Shown: one piece after another, positions 36,207 through 43,459 of the stretch | Numbering within the stretch: position 1 is the first letter of the stretch | How the letters are laid out: every line of letters starts with the position of its first letter | Source of the DNA: Myxococcota bacterium | GTDB lineage: Bacteria > Myxococcota > JACRCW01 | DNA length: 49,727 nucleotides | Direction of reading: 5' to 3' | NCBI GenBank assembly: GCA_040752415.1 | Contig: JBFMGU010000048.1 | Coordinates: 1 to 49,727, forward strand | Position numbers and translations under genes: made by a program | The notes under the pieces: model-generated | The model's database searches: none | What the model was told of the DNA's origin: nothing | What the model saw: the letters and a program-made list of their open reading frames with translations, nothing else

Positions 36207-37402
36207 GGGCGGAGCATGTGCAGACGGGTGCGGGTGCCGTCCATGGCGTGGTCGGTGACGTAGACCTCGCCGTCGGGACCCTCGCCGAAGGAGGAGATGT
36301 GCAGCGCGGTCTCGAGGAGGAGCAGGGGTTGGCCCGTCCCATTGGGACCGCGACGCACCGCCCAGATCCGGCCGCTGAGGTAGTCGGCGTAGAGGTAGGC
36401 GCCCTGCAGCCAGGGGAGCTTCTGCCCGCGGTACACCACGCCGCCGGTGATGGAGCCGCCCTGGGAGTGGTCGTACTCCGCGACGGGAGGACGCGCTTTC
36501 AGCGCCAGGCAGGGCGGCTCGGTGGCGAAGAGGTGGAAGCCCTCGTGGCAGCGCCAGCCGTAGTTCTGCCCGCGCTCGATGACGTCGACCTCCTCGTACG
36601 CGCCCTGCCCCACGTCACCGGTCCACAGCGCGCCGGTGGCGCGGTCAAAGGCGAACCGCCAGGGATTGCGCAGGCCCAGCGCGTAGACCTCGTCGCGGAT
36701 TCCGTCGGTGGGGGCGAGGAAGGGGTTGTCGCGCGGGATGGCGTAGCCAAGCGGCGGCGTCGGCGGGCTGTCGACGTCCAGGCGGAGGAACTTCCCGAGC
36801 AGCGAGGCGCCGCTCTGCGCGAAGTTCTGCGGGTCGCCGCCCGCGCCGCCGTCACCCAGGCCCACGTAGAGCATCCCATCGGGGCCAAAGGCCACGCCGC
36901 CGCCGTTGTGGTTGGGATAGGGCTGTTCCACGACGAGCAGCCTCTCCAGCGCGCGCGCCCTGGGATCCGCGGGGAGCCGCACCCGCGCGATCACCGTGGC
37001 CCCGTCGGGGGCTCGGGTGAAGTTGACGACGAGGACACCGTTCTTCTCGAAGCCCGGGTGGAACGCCACGCCGAGCAGCCCCTGCTCGCCGAAGGCGTCG
37101 TCGGCGGGGCTGAGCACCTCCGCGCCCAGGTCCAGCACGGTTTCCGTCGTGGTGGCGGCGGGGTCGGCGGGGAAGAAGTGCAGCTTCCCGTCCTGCTCCA
37201 GCACGTACATCCGCGCCGGCGTGCCCGGCACCGTGCCCACCTGCACCGGCCGCAGGAAGCTCCGCGCCGGATGGGCCGGCTCCACCCGCACCGACGGAGC
37301 ACGCCCGTCCGCGGTGGCGCCCATGCACAGCGCGAGCAGCAGGCCCAGCGGGCCCCCGCCCTTGGTGTTCAACCAGGTTTCCGCGTTCACGGCGGGAAGC
37401 AT
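36203..37402 (-). CDS. PQQ-dependent sugar dehydrogenase family protein (GSDH beta-propeller)
   Basis: EQGLLGVAFHP, NHNGG...FGPDGMLY...GDGG, GLRNPWR, GDVGQ...EEVD, NYGW, SITGG. Confidence 0.92.
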   Translation of the reverse strand: MLPAVNAETWLNTKGGGPLGLLLALCMGATADGRAPSVRVEPAHPARSFLRPVQVGTVPGTPARMYVLEQDGKLHFFPADPAATTTETVLDLGAEVLSPADDAFGEQGLLGVAFHPGFEKNGVLVVNFTRAPDGATVIARVRLPADPRARALERLLVVEQPYPNHNGGGVAFGPDGMLYVGLGDGGAGGDPQNFAQSGASLLGKFLRLDVDSPPTPPLGYAIPRDNPFLAPTDGIRDEVYALGLRNPWRFAFDRATGALWTGDVGQGAYEEVDVIERGQNYGWRCHEGFHLFATEPPCLALKARPPVAEYDHSQGGSITGGVVYRGQKLPWLQGAYLYADYLSGRIWAVRRGPNGTGQPLLLLETALHISSFGEGPDGEVYVTDHAMDGTRTRLHMLRP

Positions 37403-37445
37403 AGCGCTGCTGCATTGCTGGGGGGCTGGGCGGGAACCGGGGTTT

Positions 37446-38051
37446 CTGGGAACTGTGGACTGCCGGTTTCACCGCCTGCACCGCTTCAAAGTCCACAGCA
37501 TTCCAGGGTCGCGTAAGCCCCGAGGCGAGCAGAGCTCGTCGGGGCTTCTTCCACTGAAGACCGCGGGGCGGTGTTGCCCTCGACGAGAGGACCTTTGTGG
37601 GGGCCGTTGTTGCTGGGAACCGTGGACTGCCGCTTTCACCGCTTGCACCGCTTCAAAGTCCACGGCATCCGGGTCGCGTAAGCCCCGATGCGAGCAGAGC
37701 TCGTCGGGGCTTCTTCCGTTGATGGAACGCGCTGTGTCTCCGACGCCACCGGGGACGGCGCCGTGGAACGGAATCCACAAATGGAAGAAGCCCCGGATGG
37801 CGGAGCCACGCCGGGGCTTACGCGTCCCTGGCATGCCGTGGACTTTTCAAGCGGTGCAGGCGGTGCAGGCGGCAGTCCACGGTTCCCAGCAACAACGGAC
37901 CCCACAAAGGTCCTCTCGTCGAGGGCAACACCGCCCCGCGGTCACTCAACGGAAGAAGCCCCGACGAGCTCTGCTCGCATCGGGGCTTACGCGACCCGGA
38001 ATGCCGTGGACTTTGAAGCGGTGCAAGCGGTGAAAGCGGCAGTCCACGGTT
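37446..38051. repeat. Composite palindromic element (BIME/REPIN-like): unit-linker-unit / spacer / inverted unit-linker-unit
   Basis: ~105-bp units at 37446-37552 and 37613-37717 (forward), 37783-37889 and 37951-38051 (reverse); ~60-bp linker present once per arm; each unit has two hairpins. Confidence 0.93.
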
Positions 38052-38095
38052 GGAAGAAGCCGCGGTCCACCCACCTGTCCACCGGGATGGGGGAA

Positions 38096-38779
38096 TCAGC
38101 GCTTGCGCAGCGTCTTGGCGGAGCGCGCCGTGGCCTTGGCCTTGGTGCCGCGGGTCAGCTTCACCGCGGGAGTCTTGCTGGGCGCGCTGCGACGCGGCTG
38201 CGGCCGCCCCGCAGAGGGCACCACCGACGTGGTCACCACCGGCGCCGGCGCGCCCACCGACGTGGACACCACCGGGGAAACCACCCGTGGCGGCGGCGGA
38301 CGGGAGGGCGCATTCACCAGGTGGCTGCTGCGCTCACCATGGCTCACCCACTCCGCCAGGATCCGATCCCGCTGCGCCTTGGTGCGCGCCGGATAGCGAC
38401 GGGCCTCGAACTTGGGCACCGAGATCCCCGCCTTCTGCAGCCGCTGGTGCAGCTTGGCGCCAAACAGCGACCGACACAGCGGGCTGATGGCCTTGAGGCG
38501 GTTGATGTCTCCGCGCCAGTAGAACCCGCCACCCTGGAAGATGGCGCGCCCGGCTCCCTCGGTGGCGTGCTGGTGGATGAAGTCGGCCACGGAAGCGGAG
38601 TAGAACTTCATCTCCGCCGCCTCCGTCAGACCCGGCCGCACCATCACCGAACCTGCCCGGCTCTCCACCGTGAGCCAGCGATCTTCGTCCCGGAAGTACC
38701 AGCTGAACGTGGCATCAACGGAGACGGGGACGTCCGCGCATCCGTCAGCCAACGCATCCATGACAGCGTCCCAGAGCAC
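38096..38779 (-). CDS. Hypothetical protein, possibly SCP2-like N-terminal domain with basic Pro/Lys/Arg tail
   Basis: GAGGT RBS before GTG; ...VMVRPG...FYSASVADF...IFQGGGFYWRGDINRL pattern; lysine-rich C-terminus. Confidence 0.6.
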   Translation of the reverse strand: MLWDAVMDALADGCADVPVSVDATFSWYFRDEDRWLTVESRAGSVMVRPGLTEAAEMKFYSASVADFIHQHATEGAGRAIFQGGGFYWRGDINRLKAISPLCRSLFGAKLHQRLQKAGISVPKFEARRYPARTKAQRDRILAEWVSHGERSSHLVNAPSRPPPPRVVSPVVSTSVGAPAPVVTTSVVPSAGRPQPRRSAPSKTPAVKLTRGTKAKATARSAKTLRKR

Positions 38780-39006
38780 GTTTGTTTCTATACCTCATTT
38801 CATGGTCGAGGTGTGAACCTTTTGCTTACGATGCCACACCCGCCCACCTCGACACCGTGTTGGCGTGCCATACCCACCCCGCAGCCCGTGCGCAGGTGGT
38901 TTCAGGCTGGTGCCCAAGTTGTTGTTTCTCCCGGTGATTTCAGGGGCCCCCGGGAACCCCCGGGTGGTGGCGGTCCGGGCGTTGGATCCGAACGCGCAGG
39001 AGGCAG

Positions 39007-39705
39007 GTGGTGTGGGTGGTGCTGATCTGGCTGGCGGTGGTGGCACAAGAAGTCGCGGATCCGCTGGCGGAGGCTCGGGATCGGCTGGCCCGGGGTGATC
39101 TGGCCGGCGCGGAAACCGTGCTGCGCGCGGGCCTGCCCGGCGTGGAGGCGGAGCTGCGCGCACCGGTGCACGTGGCGCTGGCAGAGGTCCTGTGGCGCAC
39201 GGGCCGGTCCGCGGAAGCGCTGGCGGAGCTCGACGCTGCGCTCCGCCTGGAGCCCAACCTGGGCGCAGCCCATCACGTGGCGGCCCAGCTCCACCTCGCG
39301 CGCGGCGCATACGAGGAGGCCCTGGTGCACGCGCGCGCGGATCTCTCCGAGGACCCCTCGTGCGTCCCGTGCACCGGCGCGGAGCAGGAGGCGCTCCTGG
39401 CGCTCGGGCGCGTCGACGAGGCGGCGGAGCGCTGGGAGACCATCTCCCGTCGCGCGGTGGCGGGCAGCGTGCGGCTCTCCCGGGCGCGTGGACTCATGCG
39501 GCTGGGCGCGCTGGACCCGGCCCGACGCGAGGTGGAGCACGCGCTTGCCGCCGGCAGCCGGGATCCCGAGGCGTACCGCATGCTGCAGGAGATCCGCTCC
39601 CGTCGACAGGTGCGCTGGATGGTGGTGACCGCGGTGATGCTGGCGGTGGCGCTGCTGGCCGCGGCGGTGTGGGCCCTGCGCGGCAGCCTGGCCCGACGGA
39701 CGTGA
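39007..39705 (+). CDS. Tetratricopeptide repeat protein with signal peptide and C-terminal TM anchor
   Basis: GGAGG RBS; ALAEVLWRTGRSAEALAELDAALRLEP and similar TPR units; terminal hydrophobic helix. Confidence 0.8.
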   Translation: MVWVVLIWLAVVAQEVADPLAEARDRLARGDLAGAETVLRAGLPGVEAELRAPVHVALAEVLWRTGRSAEALAELDAALRLEPNLGAAHHVAAQLHLARGAYEEALVHARADLSEDPSCVPCTGAEQEALLALGRVDEAAERWETISRRAVAGSVRLSRARGLMRLGALDPARREVEHALAAGSRDPEAYRMLQEIRSRRQVRWMVVTAVMLAVALLAAAVWALRGSLARRT

Positions 39706-39740
39706 CCGACTCGCCCGGGTCGCGACGAGGCCGAAAGGCG

Positions 39741-39791
39741 GGGAGAGGGAGAGGGAGAGGGAGAGGGAGAGGGAGAGGGAGAGGGAGAGGG
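39741..39791 (+). repeat. (GGGAGA)8 hexanucleotide tract
   Basis: Eight perfect GGGAGA copies plus GGG between convergent stop codons. Confidence 0.95.
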
Positions 39792-39808
39792 TCAGCGCGG
39801 AGCGCGGA

Positions 39809-40534
39809 TCAGGGGCCGTGGCTGTCGCGCTCCAGGACCACCGCCATGTCCTTCACGTCCTCCCGGGTGCGCGCCTCCTCCTGCTTGAGGCGACGGGCCG
39901 CGTCGGCGGCAAGGCGGTTGGTGACGTGGCGCTCCGCGCGGGTGCGACGCATGTAGAGATGGCGGCCCAGCAGGACGAGCACCCCCAGGATGGCCGCGCC
40001 CACCAGCAGGCCGCGCTGCGCCTCCTTGATGAAGGCCAGGATGGCGTCGAGGTTCTCGCCGAACTTGTAGCCCACCCAGATGAAGAACGGCACGGAGATG
40101 CAGGCGCCAAACCCGTCGGCCAGGATGAACTTCCACGGGCTCATGCGCGCCACGCCCGCCATGAGGAAGCAGGGCGCGCGCAGTCCCGCCATGTGCCGCG
40201 CCGCCACGATGGTGAGCGGGCCGTACTTCAGGAAGTGGCGCTTGAGCAGGCGTTGTCGACGGTGCGTGAGCAGCTTCACCGCCCAGGGCCGCTTCAACGC
40301 CGCGGGCCCCAGCCGCCGCCCCGCGCTGAAGATGATGAAGTCCCCCACCAGGATGGCGGCATAGGCGAACGCGAAGATCAGGTAGACGTTGGTGTAGCCG
40401 CGCGCGCTGAGCAGCCCGCCCACCATGAGCGGGATGTCCTCGGGGATGGGGACGCCCAGGCCGGCGGCAAGCAGCACCGCCACCAGGCCCACGTAGGCAA
40501 ACTGCTCCAGGACCGAGGTCAGAAACGCAAGCAT
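39809..40534 (-). CDS. dedA: DedA family membrane protein
   Basis: GLGVPIPEDIPL, GDFIIFSAGR, ARHMAGLRAPCFLMAG; start reassigned to MLAFLT. Confidence 0.9.
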   Translation of the reverse strand: MLAFLTSVLEQFAYVGLVAVLLAAGLGVPIPEDIPLMVGGLLSARGYTNVYLIFAFAYAAILVGDFIIFSAGRRLGPAALKRPWAVKLLTHRRQRLLKRHFLKYGPLTIVAARHMAGLRAPCFLMAGVARMSPWKFILADGFGACISVPFFIWVGYKFGENLDAILAFIKEAQRGLLVGAAILGVLVLLGRHLYMRRTRAERHVTNRLAADAARRLKQEEARTREDVKDMAVVLERDSHGP

Positions 40535-40737
40535 GGGGGAACGCTCCCAGTCCTTACCCGGGACGGCGTACGCCAACAACCGCCACAGCCCCCGCAAGCC
40601 CCTGCGTGTGCCACGCCCGGACGCGCCTGGCAACCCAGGGGCCGCGCCTCCCGCCCGCCGGTTGACGGGAAACCTGGGACGCGTCACAGCGCCGTTCCGG
40701 GCCTCACGGTTGTCTCCTGGGCCGGTGAACGCGGGTG

Positions 40738-41463
40738 ATGACGGGCGACTCCCTCACGCTGCTGATGACGCTGGCGGCAAGCCTGGTGGGCTTCATGGTC
40801 AGCAGCACCACCGGCGTGGGGGCGGCGTTGGTGCTGGTGCCCGTGCTCAGCCACACCCTGGGCGCGCGGGTGGCGGTGGCGGTCATGGCGCCGGTGCTCC
40901 TGTGCAACAGCGCCATCAAGCTCTGGGTGTTCCGCTCCCACGTGGAGCCGCGCGCGGCGCGACTGGCGCTGTGGGGCGGCGTCCCGGGCGCCTTGCTGGG
41001 CGCGCTGCTCACCAGCAGTGTCCCCGAGGGCGCGCTGCGCACGACGGTGGCGCTCATCATCCTCGCCTACGTGGCCCACGGGCTGTGGCGCGGGGAGCGC
41101 GCGCTGCAGCTGGGCCCGCGCGGCATGGTGGCCACCAGCTTTGCCACCGGCGTGGCCAGCGGGCTCTCCAGCGCCGGCGGGCCCACCAACGCCATGGTGC
41201 TGCAGAGCTACGGGTTGGTTAAGGAGGCCTTCATTGCCACGGGGGCCCTGGTCAGCGTGGTGTTGCAGGTGGTGAAGCTGCCCGTCTACATGGGCTCGGG
41301 GCTGCTGGGGTGGCAGCACGCGCCGCTGGTGGGCCTGCTCGCGGTCAGCGCCGCGGTGGCGGCGATGGTTGGCCGCAACGCCCTGCAGCACCTCTCCGAG
41401 CGGGGCTTCCGCCGGTCCCTCCAGCTGGTGCTGCTGGTGCTGGCTGTTTCCATGTTGTGGTGA
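40738..41463 (+). CDS. Sulfite exporter TauE/SafE (TSUP) family protein
   Basis: TTGVGAALVLVPVL, GVPGALLGA, SGLSSAGGP, KEAFIAT; ~8 TM. Confidence 0.88.
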   Translation: MTGDSLTLLMTLAASLVGFMVSSTTGVGAALVLVPVLSHTLGARVAVAVMAPVLLCNSAIKLWVFRSHVEPRAARLALWGGVPGALLGALLTSSVPEGALRTTVALIILAYVAHGLWRGERALQLGPRGMVATSFATGVASGLSSAGGPTNAMVLQSYGLVKEAFIATGALVSVVLQVVKLPVYMGSGLLGWQHAPLVGLLAVSAAVAAMVGRNALQHLSERGFRRSLQLVLLVLAVSMLW

Positions 41464-41472
41464 GTGTCGACG

Positions 41473-41982
41473 ATGAGAACGTTGGTGTTGAACCAGAGCT
41501 ACGACGTGCCGCCGTCAGTGCTGATGGACGCGCTGCTGCACCCGCAGCTGGACGCGTTCATGGCGGAGCGGGTGCCGGACCTGCAGTCACGCACCGAGCT
41601 GCGACGCGTGGAGCGCGGCAACGTGGTGGAGCGCGCGGTGCGCTGCGTCCCCGTGCCTAAGATCCCCGAAGCGGCGCGACACGCGGTGAAGCCCGACATG
41701 ATCCAGTGGGTGGAGGAGAGCCGCGCGGACCGCAGCACCGGGGTCATCACCGTGCGCGTGATCCCCGACTCCTTCCGCAGCGTCTTCGACTTCCAGGGCA
41801 CCATGCGCATCACCCCGCAGGGGAGCGGCGCGCTGCGCAGGGTGGAGGGACAGCTCACCATCAAGATGCTGCTGGTGGGGAAGCTGGTGGAGGACTACCT
41901 CATCGAGGAGATCCGCCGGAACATGGAGGCGGAGGGTGAGGCGCTGCGCGAGTTCGTGCGCACGGTGGCGCGCGCGGCCTGA
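41473..41982 (+). CDS. DUF2505-like (START/SRPBCC fold) protein
   Basis: PKIPEAAR...WVEES...GTMRITPQGSG...RRVEGQLTIKMLLVGKLVEDYL. Confidence 0.75.
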   Translation: MRTLVLNQSYDVPPSVLMDALLHPQLDAFMAERVPDLQSRTELRRVERGNVVERAVRCVPVPKIPEAARHAVKPDMIQWVEESRADRSTGVITVRVIPDSFRSVFDFQGTMRITPQGSGALRRVEGQLTIKMLLVGKLVEDYLIEEIRRNMEAEGEALREFVRTVARAA

Positions 41983-41986
41983 CCCC

Positions 41987-42598
41987 TCAGCGTCGTCGGA
42001 CGCGGGCCAGGTACGCCTTGCCGCGTGGTGAGATCTCGTAGCCCACCTCGAAGCTCTGGGTGAGCCCCAGCTTCTTGAGCTTGCGCACGTCCGCCTTGAA
42101 CTCCAGCGTCTCGCGCCCCTCCTTGCGCGCCAGCTGCGAGGCGGCGGTGCGCGGGTGCTTCTCAATCAGCTTGAGCGTGCGCGCGGTCCACGGCCCCACC
42201 GCGCTGCGCTCATCCATGCGCGCCAGGCGCTCCCGGATGTCGGCCACGTCCTCGTCGGAGAGGCGGTCCTGCAACGCGGTCTCCACGCGGTCCCCGTCGC
42301 CGCCGTGGTGCAGTGCCACGCGCCACAACCTGCCCTGCTCCGTCACCGGCTGACCAAAGGGCGGCGCCTCCAGGTACTCGCGCAGCTCCTCCCGCGAGAC
42401 GAAGCCGGCCCGCGCCACGTCCTCCGCGGTGATCTCCCGGAAGGCCACCTCACGCACCTCATCCACGACGAGAACCCCGATGGGATGACAACGGTAGCGC
42501 CCACCCGGCTTCACCCGCGACTTCTGCCACTGCCGGAAGGTCAGCGTGACCTCCCCCGAGACGAGACCGGCGTGGAAACGCTTCTTGAAGAGCAGCAT
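41987..42598 (-). CDS. ASCH-like domain protein with C-terminal winged helix
   Basis: GEVTLTFRQW...VKPGG, ITAEDVARAGF; GPWT...FKADVRKLKKLGLTQSFEVGYEISPRG. Confidence 0.8.
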   Translation of the reverse strand: MLLFKKRFHAGLVSGEVTLTFRQWQKSRVKPGGRYRCHPIGVLVVDEVREVAFREITAEDVARAGFVSREELREYLEAPPFGQPVTEQGRLWRVALHHGGDGDRVETALQDRLSDEDVADIRERLARMDERSAVGPWTARTLKLIEKHPRTAASQLARKEGRETLEFKADVRKLKKLGLTQSFEVGYEISPRGKAYLARVRRR

Positions 42599-42662
42599 GG
42601 CGCCGGTTGGTAGTGCGCACCGCCAAGGCAAGTCGAGCCTCCCGCGTTATCCTCCGCGCGCC

Positions 42663-43457
42663 ATGTCATCCCTCCTCCTCGCGTTCCCGCTCCTCCTCAC
42701 CACTCCCGACGCCTGCCAGCTCAGCGCGGGCACCCACCAACTCTCGCTCACCGCGGGAGGACTCAGGCGCGAGGCGATGGTTGTTGTTGGGAAGAAGGTG
42801 GCGGGAGCGGCGCCGGTGGTGTTTGCGTGGCACGGGTTTGGTGGCTCACCGGAGGACCTGGCCCCCGCGGTGCACGCCGAGGAGCACTGGGAGGACGCCG
42901 TGGTGGTCCTGCCGCGTGGGATGGACCGGACCATTCCCAAATTCGGCGAGGTGAAGCGGCCGGGATGGCAGATCCTCGTCGGGGAGCTGGGCGGGCGGGA
43001 CCTGGCGCTCTTTGACGCATTGCACGCGCGCCTGCGCAAGGACGGCTGTCTCGACGAGCGTCGCGTGTACTCCACCGGTTTCTCCAACGGCGCGTTCTTC
43101 TCCAACCTGCTCGCCTGCCACCGCGCGCACGTGCTGGCGGCCATTGCGCCGGTGGGCGGCGGCGGGCCGTTCGAGGCGTGTGGTGGCGCGGTCCCCACGC
43201 GGGTCTTCCACGGGACCGCGGACCCGGTGGTGCCCTTCGAGTCGGCGCAGCGCACGGTGGAGACCTGGTCCCACCTGGCGGGTTGTCCGGGGAGCCCCGC
43301 GCCGGTCGAGGAACAGTGTGCCAGCACCACCTGCGCCGGCGGCGTGGAGATCATGTTCTGCAGCGCGCGGGTGGGGCACAGCTTTGGCGGGCGGGCGCAG
43401 GCCCAGGCGGTGGCCGCGTTCCTCCGTCGCCACCAGCGGCCGGCGAAGGCGCGCTAA
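42663..43457 (+). CDS. Secreted esterase, LpqC/PHB depolymerase-like alpha/beta hydrolase
   Basis: PVVFAWHGFGG, RVYSTGFSNGAFF, FHGTADPVVP, terminal GH. Confidence 0.87.
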   Translation: MSSLLLAFPLLLTTPDACQLSAGTHQLSLTAGGLRREAMVVVGKKVAGAAPVVFAWHGFGGSPEDLAPAVHAEEHWEDAVVVLPRGMDRTIPKFGEVKRPGWQILVGELGGRDLALFDALHARLRKDGCLDERRVYSTGFSNGAFFSNLLACHRAHVLAAIAPVGGGGPFEACGGAVPTRVFHGTADPVVPFESAQRTVETWSHLAGCPGSPAPVEEQCASTTCAGGVEIMFCSARVGHSFGGRAQAQAVAAFLRRHQRPAKAR

Positions 43458-43459
43458 GC

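Noticed and set aside
36996..38033. ORFs spanning the composite palindrome
   Set aside because: Overlap the GSDH gene antisense and merely translate the repeat units
37446..38051. Possible CRISPR array
   Set aside because: Units are ~105 bp, in both orientations, the linker is repeated rather than unique, and no cas genes are present
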